Shown piece by piece: positions 1 through 10,229 of a stretch of DNA of 64,000 nucleotides. The DNA is from Candidatus Zixiibacteriota bacterium (lineage in GTDB: Bacteria > Zixibacteria > MSB-5A5 > GN15 > JAAZOE01), in contig JBDREQ010000076.1 in the NCBI GenBank assembly GCA_043819555.1, positions 1-64,000 on the forward strand. Reading direction: 5' to 3'. Under the pieces are notes generated by a model, which searched no databases, was not told the origin of the DNA, and worked only from the letters and a program-made list of their open reading frames with translations. A program made the position numbers and the translations under genes. Numbering within the stretch: the stretch's first letter is position 1; the number at the start of each line of letters is the position of its first letter.

Positions 1-87
1 GGCAAAACGCCGATTCAGACTTTTACTGACGGAATGGAATTGGCAAATAATGCAAATCTGGAGAATGAAGAGAAACTGACGGCCTAA
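1..87 (+). CDS. IS481-family transposase, C-terminal fragment (5' truncated by window edge)
   Basis: Frame 1 reads GKTPIQTFTDGMELANNANLENEEKLTA*; GKTPxQTF resembles the C-terminus of ISSod13-like transposases. Confidence 0.7.
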   Translation, partial: GKTPIQTFTDGMELANNANLENEEKLTA

Positions 88-140
88 ACCAAAAACCTCT
101 CAGAGGTAAGTGACTGTCAAGTTAAGTATCGTTCAGTACA
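1..140 (+). mobile_element. Right end of an IS481-family (ISSod13-like) insertion sequence
   Basis: Transposase-like C-terminus followed by ...CTGTCAAGTTAAGTATCGTTCAGTACA ending at 140; IS481 elements end in ACA. The left end is outside the window. Confidence 0.7.
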
Positions 141-149
141 CATTAATTA

Positions 150-3100
150 TTATTTAGTTACGCATACTTCCGCACCATTGAAGCGGATTTCCTTTTTTTG
201 ATCGAGTTCCCTTCGTACAGCATTGGCAAGCGTTTTTAATAACAAAGGTTTCTTGACAAACGCCCCAGCGCCGATATTCAGGGCTATTTTTACTCGATTT
301 GATTCGGAAAAACCGGATACAATAATCGCTTTTTGATGGGGATTTATTTTTAGGGCTTCTTTCAGCGTATCAGTGCCATCCATTCCGTTTGGCATAACCA
401 TGTCTATAATTAATAAATCAGGCTGTTCCTTTTTCAATATTTCTATGGCTTCTTCGCCACTTCCCGCCGTACTATAACTATACCCCAATTTCTTCAGTAA
501 TTTAGACGTGACTGTTCTTTGTAGATCATCATCGTCAATTATCAGCAATTTCTCTTGTCCTCCGATAATTTCATCTGTATTCTTCTTGATAATAACTTTT
601 TTTATAGCTGGAAAATAGAGATAGAAAACCGAACCGCCTCCTTCAGAACTTTCTATATCAATATATCCATTATGGTCAACGACAACATTATGGACTACGC
701 TCAGCCCCAAGCCTGAACCTTTATTCTTATCAGGCGCTTTGGTAGTAAAAAATGGCTCAAATATTCTTGAGAGTACATTTTCGGAAATACCGCAGCCGGT
801 ATCTGAAATAGATATTTTCACATACTCGCCTTTGGGAATTTCTGTCAGACGGCCGGTATAAAATTCTGTACTCCAGTTTTCTGATTTAATCGATATTTTA
901 CCATCGTCAGCGATGGAATCGACAGCATTGTTGATCAGGTTAGAGAGGACTCTGAATATTTGGGATTCTCCACCGTTTACAAAATTCAAGTTTTTTTCAA
1001 GAAGCCTCTCAATGCGAATTTTATTTGTTACTTCGATATTTTGATCCAGAACTCGTTTAATTATATTATTCAGATCAATCGGCTCCAAGTTATAATGGCC
1101 GCGACGACTTAAGGTCAGTAGCTGTTGGTTTATGGAAGCAATTTGCGAGGCAGCGCCTTCCATTGCATTTGCCATTTCCAAAACGGGATGATTGGCCGGC
1201 AATTCGTCTTTCATTAATTCGGGATAGGCAAGTAATGGACCCAGTAAATTATTAAAATCATGGGCTACTTGTCCGGCAATTTTTCCCGCTGTTTCGAGGC
1301 GTTTGGCGCGTTCGGCAAATTCCTGCAATTGTTTGATGCTGCTGATATCAGTCGTTAATAAAGCGACATACTTTACATTCCCATCTCGACCCCTGATTAT
1401 AACTCCATTAATCATGGTCTCGATTAAATGACCATCCGCATGCAAATGATTAAACTCCAGTGAACCAAAATTCCCAGTTTCAATTAATATTCTCATCGCA
1501 TCCCTAAATCTATCCAATTCATCTGATGGGATATATAATTCTACATTTTTTGTCAAAACGTCTTTTTCAGGATAACCATGCATTGCGGCAAAACTACTAT
1601 TGGTATATATAATTTCACCTTTTGAATCAGTAATAATCACACCAAATGCCGCATTATCTGAGATGGCCTTAAATTTTTGTATCTCTTCTTCTGCTTTTTT
1701 TAGATCGGTAATATCAAGAACCGCTCCAAACGCGCCTGAGTAATTTCCATTGGAATCAAAGCGAGGAGAAACCGAAGCATAAACTGACCTCCTGTTATTT
1801 TTCGCGGTAATAACTTCCAATTCATATTGTGACGATTCATTCTGTTTTCTCATATTTGTTTGCTTCAGCAGGAAGCGCTTCTCATTATTGGGTATATAGT
1901 CAAGAAGTGACTTTCCAATTAATTTTTCAATCGATTCTTCTTCGAATAATTGTACAAAGGCCGGATTGCAAAATTGAATTACCTCATTCTTATCAACAAC
2001 GCCAATGCCCTCCGTAACCGAATTGAACACCTCCTGAAAATTAGATTCTGACTGCTTGAGGGCTTCTTCGGTTTGTGAGCGATCTATGATCAGGCCGATA
2101 AAATCACCAACAACTTTTAATGATCCAACTAAGGAATCGTTAAAATTCCTATCGTAGGTACTTGCAATTGATAATGTGCCAATTATGGTACGACGAGTTC
2201 TTATCGGTATGGAAACCAGGGATTTAATCCCCAAATTCTTCAATAAATTATTATTTTCGTATTTCAGTAAGTCATTCCAATTTTGTTTGGATACATTTCC
2301 GTTATTAATTACTTTTCCCGATAAAGATTCTTCAATCGGGAATTGCATTGGACTCGTGTTTTCCAGCTCAAATCCCGAGGCCCCATAATTGTCATCTCGC
2401 CCTTTTTCTCATTCCATAATTCTATAAAAGATATGGGATATTGTAATCTGGCCGTAAGCAATTTGGCAATTTCATTGTAAAAGGTTTCACTTTTATCAGA
2501 TGTTAAATACAATCGCGAAATGTCGAAGAGCGTATTTCGTTCCGTTTCAATTATCTTTTGTTCGGTAATATCCTTTTCTATACCGTCGAAATAAATAGTT
2601 TTGCCGTCCTCATCATGAACCCCGTGAACGCTCGATGATACCCAGATCACCGTACCATCTTTGCGAATCATCTGGCTGACGAAATTATCTACTTTTCCAT
2701 TTTCCCTCAATAACTTGACAAATTCTTCTCTTCGTTTAGGATTCAAATATGATTTCTGAGCTGGAATAGCCTCATACTCTTCTGGTGAATCGTATCCCAG
2801 CATTTTTGCCAGAGCCGGATTTGCAGAAAGAACTTCTCCGCTTGTAGTCGAACGGAAGGCGCCGATTGGCAGATTTTTGACAAGTGTCTGATATTCATTT
2901 TCCGTTTGATTTAAGGCGGTTTGCATTTCCTTGCGCTTCGAAATGTCTCGCGCAATCCCCAAAATAATGACCTGCCCATTATTATCAGTAATTAATGATA
3001 CGCGAAATTCACCTGTTAAATAATTTTTATTTTTGGTCAGAATTCGCAATTCATAAGTTGGGATCTTTTTGCCTTCAAAAGTCTCAATAAGCATTTTGCC

Positions 3101-4006
3101 TGCAAATTCCAGATCTTCCGGATGAATCAACTTATCAAATCTCTTGTTTACCCATTCATTGCAATTCCATCCCGTAATCCTCTCAAAAGCAAGGTTCAGT
3201 GATAAAATAATTCCTTCGGCCGAGAGCGTATATATAACATCATCCGCATTTTCAATTAAATTACGGTAACGAGTTTCAGATTCGCGCAATGCAATTTCAA
3301 TATTTTTCCTGCAGGAAAGTTCTCTGGACAGTGAATCCCTGGCAATATCAAGAGCATCAAAATCTCTTCTTTTTGCGGATTCATAGCGATATAAAATATA
3401 GGCTACCCAAATTGCCAGGAGCACGGATGAAATCATTAAGGCTGCCTGAATAATACGGAAAGTAACCAGGTCCTTTTGATATAAACTCTGCAGCCCTGTT
3501 TTGATTCTATCAGTAACTGCCATAATTTCAAGAAATACTTGATCAAATTGCCTGTCTATCAATGAACCGGGTTCTGATGCTGCACGATTAAAATACCTTT
3601 CCTTTGAAATCTGTTTGAATTTCTCTAATTTTTTTCGTATGACAGCAAAATCGGTTTTTAATACATCTTTATCACCATGAATTACCTTTCCTTCAATGTT
3701 TTCTCCCCCCTCCTGTAATGCCTTAACATACCGATCAGCTTTTGCCAGCGACGCCCAGACAAAGTCTACATTTTCATTGCTGTCTTCGCGAAGAATTTCT
3801 TCAAACCATAGGCGGACATTGGTGACTTCCAACTTGATTTCCATAGAAGCATTAATTAATGGCATGTAATTATACCCTTGCCTCTTGCCAATTTGCAGTC
3901 CATAGGCCGTCAAATATGCAATAATCATGCTAGCCAAGGCTATTTTTACGTACAGATAATATAAATCTTTGCGTGAAATTCGTGAAATCCCCATACAATT
4001 TTCCAA
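150..4006 (-). CDS. Membrane hybrid sensor histidine kinase (2 TM, PAS, PAS, GAF, PAS, PAS, HisKA, HATPase, REC), about 1285 aa, split by a 1-nt frameshift near 2381-2384
   Basis: ORFs 2309-4006 and 150-2348 overlap inside a GAF domain; one extra G in ATGGGGCC fuses them (MGASGFELENTSPMQF). Motifs VAHDFNNLL, DTGCG, EPFFTTK, GSGLGL and REC IDDD...DMVMP. Confidence 0.85.
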
Positions 4007-4061
4007 TGATTTAGCCAGTAACTAAATAATTCCCTTCCTTAAGTTTAATTCACTTATTACT

Positions 4062-4088
4062 ATATCGGTTTATCTATGCATTTTTTAA
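4062..4088 (-). promoter_or_regulatory. Possible sigma-28 (FliA/WhiG-type) promoter of the kinase
   Basis: TTAAA-N14-ACCGATAT versus consensus TAAA-N15-GCCGATAA; imperfect match. Confidence 0.35.
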
Positions 4089-4199
4089 GTCAAAACAATC
4101 AAAAAACCTGATTCGATTTTATATTGCTTATTGCCCACTGAATTAGTATTGATTTAAGATCAATTTAAGCGATTATATCAATTATTTGCGAGGCGAATT

Positions 4200-5342
4200 A
4201 TGAATAACAATTTTACCCGGTGGCCAAGATATATTATTATTCTTATTCTTTTCGTTTTCCTGATTCCTTATTGCTCATATGCTGACGACAATTATGATTC
4301 GCTCACTATTGAGGCCAAAATTAATGATGGGCCTTATATATACTGGGAAAATGATTCAACTATAATGGTTTTTTATATTATTGAAAATGAATTTATTAAC
4401 ACTATGCGAGTAGTGAAAGACAGCCTGATGTTTAGAGGTCTATATCACGATTCCCTCACGGCATATACGATATTTGACGGCAAGCATGAACCCTCTCCCG
4501 GCGTTTATCAGGATGTATACAAAATATTCATGGTCAGTGATATTCACGGCGAGTATTTCCAACTTCTTGAATTATTGCGAGGGGCACAAATAATCGATTC
4601 ACTTAATCATTGGATCTGGGGTAACGGCCATTTGGTAATTAATGGAGATATTTTTGATAGAGGCGAATTTGTAACCGAGTGTCTATGGCTGATTTATAAC
4701 CTTGAACGGGAAGCCAATCACAAAGGCGGAAAAGTTCATTTTTTACTGGGGAATCACGAGTTGATGATCATGATTGATGATAATCGATACGTCAATGACA
4801 AATATAAAAATGGCATTGTCAAAAAATCGAGAATCAGGTATCAGGATTTATTCGGATCTGATATGGAAATCGGCAGGTGGCTATTAAGCAAAAACATTAT
4901 CATGAAAATTAACGATATTCTATTTGTTCATGGCGGCCTTTATCCGCCCCTTATAGATTCCGGCTGGGCAATTGGTTCAATAAACTCAAAGGCAAGAGAA
5001 TACTTGGGATTGCGGTCCTCTCAAAGAGCTTTTCATTCGGAAGCCACGCTATTGTTTGGCAGTTTTGGCCCGTTTTGGTACCGGGGATTTCATTACGAAA
5101 TGGAGAATAAATACCCATTGGCAACCGATGAAGAAATTGATCAGATTCTTAAATATTATGGCGTCAGTTCAATGGTTGTCGGACATACACATGTGGATGA
5201 AATTACACGAATGCGCGATGGGAAAATATATGCTATTGATATTCCTCTTGATGAACTTGGTTATTTTCAAGGATTACTTTGGGAGTCAGGACAGTTCTAT
5301 AAGGTCAATCCCAATGGTGAACGCATACCACTTGGAGATTAA
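4200..5342 (+). CDS. Exported calcineurin-like metallophosphoesterase (Shewanella-like phosphatase type)
   Basis: Signal peptide; DIHG, GDIFDRG, GNHE, HGG and GHT motifs. Confidence 0.88.
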   Translation: MNNNFTRWPRYIIILILFVFLIPYCSYADDNYDSLTIEAKINDGPYIYWENDSTIMVFYIIENEFINTMRVVKDSLMFRGLYHDSLTAYTIFDGKHEPSPGVYQDVYKIFMVSDIHGEYFQLLELLRGAQIIDSLNHWIWGNGHLVINGDIFDRGEFVTECLWLIYNLEREANHKGGKVHFLLGNHELMIMIDDNRYVNDKYKNGIVKKSRIRYQDLFGSDMEIGRWLLSKNIIMKINDILFVHGGLYPPLIDSGWAIGSINSKAREYLGLRSSQRAFHSEATLLFGSFGPFWYRGFHYEMENKYPLATDEEIDQILKYYGVSSMVVGHTHVDEITRMRDGKIYAIDIPLDELGYFQGLLWESGQFYKVNPNGERIPLGD

Positions 5343-5386
5343 GGCGCCCATTAAATAGCTATGGCACTATCGCTAATGCGTATTAT

Positions 5387-5731
5387 TTAAACCAATTCAA
5401 CAAGCAATTCTTTCCATGTTTCGGGTTGGTATCCAACCGTTGCCCGGCCTTTAAACCTCACGATTGGAGTTTTGAATAATAATGGGTTATTTAGGAGCTC
5501 TTCGGCAATATCGAATTTCATATATTTTAGATTGCACTTTTCATATTCTTTTCCCTCGGTATCAATTAAGTCTTCCATAGGGATTGAATTTGATATTGAA
5601 CGTAATTCACCGTGGCTGATAGCTTTCTCTCTTAAATCCACAAAGTGACTTTTAATGCGCCGTTCCTTGAAAAATCTCTCTGCTTTCCGGGTATTTTTGC
5701 ATTTTCGAGTTCCAAATATCTGTATCATCAA
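5387..5731 (-). CDS. ArsC/Spx family protein
   Basis: IQIFGTRKCKNTRKA N-terminus; PLLFKTPIV. Confidence 0.85.
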   Translation of the reverse strand: MMIQIFGTRKCKNTRKAERFFKERRIKSHFVDLREKAISHGELRSISNSIPMEDLIDTEGKEYEKCNLKYMKFDIAEELLNNPLLFKTPIVRFKGRATVGYQPETWKELLVELV

Positions 5732-5948
5732 TATACCTTTCCGGTAATCTACCGGCCATATATAACAAAATTTGCCATTTTACGGAAATAAAAAAGGGAA
5801 ATATCAGATGAAGAACTCGGGAATAATAATAACCTATCAGCCAGATTTTATGGCCAATAAGCAGACCTTGCGCAATTGGAAATATATTTTCGTATATTAT
5901 TTGGCGCGGGATAAAATATTATCCGGGACGTCAATCCTTGAAGGTAAT

Positions 5949-6413
5949 ATGAAATTTATATGCGATGACAATTTGGGAAAACTTGCCAGATACATGCGAT
6001 TTTTAGGATTTGATGTTGCTTATAAAAAAAATATTTCTAATAGCCACTTACTCGGGATATCTCTTGACGAGAGCAGAACTATATTAACTCGGGATAGAAA
6101 AATAATTGAAAAAACACTTGTTCGAGATTTTTTATTGGTTGAAGATAATCATTGGGCATCGCAGCTCAAACAGGTGATATCAAAATTCAGTTTGATTCCT
6201 GTTCAGGATTGTATTTTTAAGAGATGCTCGGAAGACAACACTGTTACTCTGCAAGTGAAAAAGGAGGCGATTAAGAACGAGGTCTATCCTTTTATTTATG
6301 AGTATCATGATAATTTCCGGCGATGCCCACTGTGTCAAAAGATATATTGGCATGGTTCGCACGCCAAAGCTGTGCTGGCAATCTTAAAACGGCATGGATT
6401 TTTAGCGGATTGA
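5949..6413 (+). CDS. Mut7-C RNase domain protein
   Basis: KFICDDNLGKLARYMRFLGFD, LTRD, RC...CxxC-KIYWHGSH; start moved to ATG 5949 after GAAGGT. Confidence 0.88.
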   Translation: MKFICDDNLGKLARYMRFLGFDVAYKKNISNSHLLGISLDESRTILTRDRKIIEKTLVRDFLLVEDNHWASQLKQVISKFSLIPVQDCIFKRCSEDNTVTLQVKKEAIKNEVYPFIYEYHDNFRRCPLCQKIYWHGSHAKAVLAILKRHGFLAD

Positions 6414-6950
6414 TTTCCAGCGCATTACCGACGGACTAAAGAATCCAGATAGCATTAGTAACGTAGCACCCAAGGCCAGTTTCACATAAATATCAACCGT
6501 AAATTGATGTTTAATGTACGATTCAGAAGGATCCTTGGGATTAATCAGAACATTTATGGTATCTCCCACACTGAAATTTATTATTTCTTTGGAGGCGATG
6601 TCATATCGCTTTCTTTTATTGCCGAACGGCGGAGTATTTAGGCTGCTCACTCCGGAATATAAAACTCCCTGTATTTCATATTCATAAACGATATCCGGAT
6701 GAATAGCCCTTTCCCCGGCTATATTTGATGAAATAATAATGCCCCTTACAGACGGCCAGCTTGATTTAGCCAAAGCATTATTTAAAAGAATGAATGAATT
6801 GCAGAAAATCAATATGCCGGAAAGAAATATAATGATTACGGCTACTGCCCATATGGTTCGTCTGCGAAGGGGCGGTTTATTTCGCCAGAAAAACCAGCCG
6901 GACCAATATGAAATGACTATCAGGATTGCAACGCCATAAATTATCAGCAT
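6402..6950 (-). CDS. DUF3592-like membrane protein
   Basis: TM segments, WPSVRGII, YEYEIQGVLY, INPKDPSES. Confidence 0.7.
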   Translation of the reverse strand: MLIIYGVAILIVISYWSGWFFWRNKPPLRRRTIWAVAVIIIFLSGILIFCNSFILLNNALAKSSWPSVRGIIISSNIAGERAIHPDIVYEYEIQGVLYSGVSSLNTPPFGNKRKRYDIASKEIINFSVGDTINVLINPKDPSESYIKHQFTVDIYVKLALGATLLMLSGFFSPSVMRWKSIR

Positions 6951-7008
6951 TTTACATTATAAATGATTTTGAAGATCGGATACAAGTAGATAATCTGGCT
7001 GCCGGAAT

Positions 7009-7856
7009 TTATACTGCCCCCCTTTTGAGCGGAGCTTGATAAAAATATTCGAATATGGCTGTTCGATTATCTCCGGAACCGGTCATTTCTATCAAACGCA
7101 GTTTTACAAAGTACCCGTCTTCAGTTTCAATGATAAATAATCCGCCCGGGACCATTGCAATTTTTTCGACTGCCTCTCCCCTGAATTTTATATTCGAGAT
7201 ATCCCCCAAAGATTCGCTCTGGCCAATATAATATATTTTATTGCCGCGGTTGACGGCACTAATACGAACCGTGGGGAACAAAGATAGTCGGTTCCGTCCT
7301 TTGAATAGAAATAAAGATCATTTTCGACGTCATCGGTTCCGCAATAAGCATCGTTTTCAAAACTAAAGCCGTCATTATTCCCGCTATAAGATATGCCCAA
7401 AGATATTACTCCCTGAGGCATTTGGACGATTTCAATTTCATTTGATGGAAGAGACAGAGTTCCGTCGCTGTTTATCACTCTGACGTGAATATAATATTTT
7501 TCCGCCAACGGCAATTCTCTAAATTCAAAAGTCTCATGTTTTTCATTACCTTCGGGATCTCCAGGGTACGCTTCATTATTATATGGCTTTATTGATTGAG
7601 GCAAATCATATCCTGAGTATTGGCCCGCTAATGGAGCGGGCGACAGATATATATTAAATCCCCGCATTATGCGAAATCCGGGGCATCCCGTATTCCAGGC
7701 AATACGGAGATAATGGCTGCCGACGGAATCAATTTCAAGAGAATGGGGATTGCATAATTTGCCTTCGCCTAAATCAGAGCCGGTTTTGGGGCCGCACGCC
7801 ATCAATAAGGAAGAAATTGTAACGATGAAAAATACGAGTTGAAATATTATTTTCAC
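7009..7856 (-). CDS. Lipoprotein with Fn3-like domain, about 282 aa, split by a frameshift near 7273-7276
   Basis: Lipobox LMAC; ORFs 7188-7856 and 7009-7281 join if one C is added to TCCCCA (YLCSP-TVRISAVNR). Confidence 0.65.
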
Positions 7857-8038
7857 ATAAACTCCTTTTGGGAATATTAGAGTCTAACCTGATTCGTCCC
7901 TCTTAATTATTTATACAAAATCATAATCTTCTGGTTCAAAATCTGGTTCAGATAAAAACTTATTGATGAAATCGGCAATATAATAACCCGCGACACTGAT
8001 GCGTTCCGACCCGATATCGGATGCACGGGTATGCCGTA

Positions 8039-8866
8039 TTATTCATTCCTGATTATTCTCGTATCCGGATCCGGGTCATCCTCAACTAATCCGTCCGGAT
8101 CATTGCTATTTTCGCGGGCAAATTCCAGCCACATCTTCTCGAATTTTTCGATAGGCATTTGAAATATTGTCTCAATCGCGTCATTCCAATCGGCAGAAGT
8201 TTGATAAAGCATAAATAATCGTTCCAAACCATAGTTGAACATTATAAAACCGCAGAATGATGCTGACTCTGACCTTTTTGTTCCGAAATCGAGTGAATCA
8301 AATTTATTATTATTGCCCAGATCGGCCAAGCTTACAAAAGTACCTGAATTGACCCGACGATTGGTTTTGTCATGATAGTTTTTGGATGAAAAATCCAGAA
8401 GAAAAGGAATCCCTTCCCCCATAGCCTTAAAATTGCTGCCAGCCATTCCCCTTTTCCTCAAAATGAATTTGGTCAATTCATACCCGTAAGGGTATTTATC
8501 CCCCCAATGTATTTCATTTTCGTTAGACCATGGTGTCGGTCGTCCGGCTATCTCCTCCGCTTCTTTTCCGGGATTATAGATATACATATGAATCGTGTCA
8601 GCCGGAACAGGCATTTCAAACAATGCGCATATTTCTCTCAAGAACCTTTCATATCCTTCGGAAATTTCTTTATTATTAACGCTCCATCTTGATTTCGGAG
8701 AAATATGGAAAACAAAATGACCATGCGGAATGACGGCCCAATTCTTATATTTTGATTCCTCTATCCTGGATTCATTTTCATCGCATGCGCTGAAAACCAG
8801 GATGGCAAACAGAATTAATGCCAAGTAGACTATGCCCTTTTCGCCAGCGAATATAAATTTTATCAC
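8039..8866 (-). CDS. Lipoprotein with degenerate peptidase-MA-like fold
   Basis: Lipobox FSAC; YELTK...EG where HExxH...EG would be expected. Confidence 0.55.
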   Translation of the reverse strand: MIKFIFAGEKGIVYLALILFAILVFSACDENESRIEESKYKNWAVIPHGHFVFHISPKSRWSVNNKEISEGYERFLREICALFEMPVPADTIHMYIYNPGKEAEEIAGRPTPWSNENEIHWGDKYPYGYELTKFILRKRGMAGSNFKAMGEGIPFLLDFSSKNYHDKTNRRVNSGTFVSLADLGNNNKFDSLDFGTKRSESASFCGFIMFNYGLERLFMLYQTSADWNDAIETIFQMPIEKFEKMWLEFARENSNDPDGLVEDDPDPDTRIIRNE

Positions 8867-8909
8867 AAGACGGCCTCACAAAGTCCGAGTTTCCTCACTC
8901 TCAGATACT

Positions 8910-8938
8910 TATATAAATAGTTTATCCCAATTAGTCAA
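8910..8938 (-). promoter_or_regulatory. Sigma-70-type promoter
   Basis: TTGACT-N17-TATATA upstream of 8866. Confidence 0.55.
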
Positions 8939-8967
8939 CCGTGAAGATATTCATGCTATCTAATCAC

Positions 8968-8995
8968 AAAAGCCGATTGACGATCAACCGGCTTT
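8968..8995 (-). terminator. Intrinsic terminator closing the OFOR-HydABC-like operon
   Basis: AAAGCCGGTTGA-tcg-TCAATCGGCTTTT stem-loop about 40 nt after stop 9033. Confidence 0.7.
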
Positions 8996-9032
8996 ATGTG
9001 CTTCAATGCTAAATTAAGCCAAAAGAATATTC

Positions 9033-9446
9033 TCAGCCTATTTTTTTGTACTCCAAAGCTTTGGTCGGACAAAACTGTACACAGGCCGGCGAGCCGTGGC
9101 AAATATCGCATTTAACGACTTCATTGTGAACATCATCGGCCAGAGCGCATCCAAAAGGACAGGCGGCCACGCATGCCAGGCACTTGACGCACCGTTCGCG
9201 GTCGAGGTCAATCGCTCCGGTGATTTCGTTTCGTGCCAGGGCGTCAAACATGCAGGATTTGACACAGGCGGGATCATCGCATTGCAGGCAAGCAATCGGA
9301 ACGTATTTATCGGGACCATAAGCAATCGGATAGATTCTGCTCCGGCCCGGTTTTCGATTCTGGGTATGGGTAAAGGCGCAAGCCAGCTCACAGGTTCGGC
9401 ATCCGGTGCACAATGAAGGATTGACGATAAACCGGTAAGTAATCAT
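9033..9446 (-). CDS. 4Fe-4S polyferredoxin (DmsB/CooF/AOR small-subunit type)
   Basis: CTGCRTCELAC, CLQCDDPACVKSC, CVKCLACVAACP, KCDICHGSPACVQFCP. Confidence 0.9.
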   Translation of the reverse strand: MITYRFIVNPSLCTGCRTCELACAFTHTQNRKPGRSRIYPIAYGPDKYVPIACLQCDDPACVKSCMFDALARNEITGAIDLDRERCVKCLACVAACPFGCALADDVHNEVVKCDICHGSPACVQFCPTKALEYKKIG

Positions 9447-10219
9447 ATCGCCACCTCCCTTGCCCCGTCGACTAAGCGGCCCATCTTTTGAGCCAGTTCC
9501 GTTCGTTTACAATCGTCGCAAATTTCAAAATATTCTTTCGGTAATTCCCTTTTCTCGATAATATAATTGGCGAATTCCCGGGTTGTGGTCGCCTTTCCGC
9601 ATCTTGTACACGAAATCATCTCGAATTTCTTATTCCAAATTGTCCGTGTACCGTTGCCTTCACTCCATTCGATGACATTGGTCGGACATACCATGGCGCA
9701 GCTCAAGCATCCGACGCAATCGGGCGGTTCAATGCCAAACGGCGGAGCAATAGCTTTATCGGGGCCGCGCATGACGGCCGAGATAGCGCTTTTACCAAGA
9801 ACTTCACAGGCGCGAGTGCAGGCGTAGCACATAATACAGTTGTCGCCGTCAGGAATTGTATCAAAGCTTGTTTTCTGAATCCCGTATTCGCCGGCCATTT
9901 TTTGAATCACATCTGAATTGGGGCATCGAGCCAGATACAAATCCAGAATCGTCCGACGAATCTCTATCACCTGCGGCGTATGCGTATTTATAATCAAACC
10001 CTCTTCGGCGGGGTACAAACATGAAGTCACATGTTTGGTCCATCCGTCCCATTCAGGTTTTGATATTTCCACCATGCACAATCGACACGCTCCACACGGT
10101 TCCAATGCCTTATGTTCGCACAGGGCCGGAATATCAATCCCTTCGCGGCGCATTGTATTCAGGATATATTCGCCATCGACGGCTTTAACAATTTTGCCAT
10201 TTATCTGCATATTCAACAT
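9443..10219 (-). CDS. NuoG/HydA N-terminal-like Fe-S subunit (2Fe-2S + 2x4Fe-4S + C-terminal CxxC pair), no catalytic domain
   Basis: IPALC...CGACRLC...SC; CIMCYACTRAC; CVGCLSCAMVCP; CTRC...CDDC; 258 aa. Confidence 0.85.
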   Translation of the reverse strand: MLNMQINGKIVKAVDGEYILNTMRREGIDIPALCEHKALEPCGACRLCMVEISKPEWDGWTKHVTSCLYPAEEGLIINTHTPQVIEIRRTILDLYLARCPNSDVIQKMAGEYGIQKTSFDTIPDGDNCIMCYACTRACEVLGKSAISAVMRGPDKAIAPPFGIEPPDCVGCLSCAMVCPTNVIEWSEGNGTRTIWNKKFEMISCTRCGKATTTREFANYIIEKRELPKEYFEICDDCKRTELAQKMGRLVDGAREVAI

Positions 10220-10229
10220 AGAACACCCA

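Noticed and set aside
1..60. c-di-GMP-I riboswitch suggested by GGCAAA at the window start
   Set aside because: The second stem is absent; the sequence reads better as a transposase C-terminus
2381..2384. Programmed frameshifting or phase variation in the kinase
   Set aside because: The run is only 4 nt, with no slippery heptamer or stimulatory structure seen
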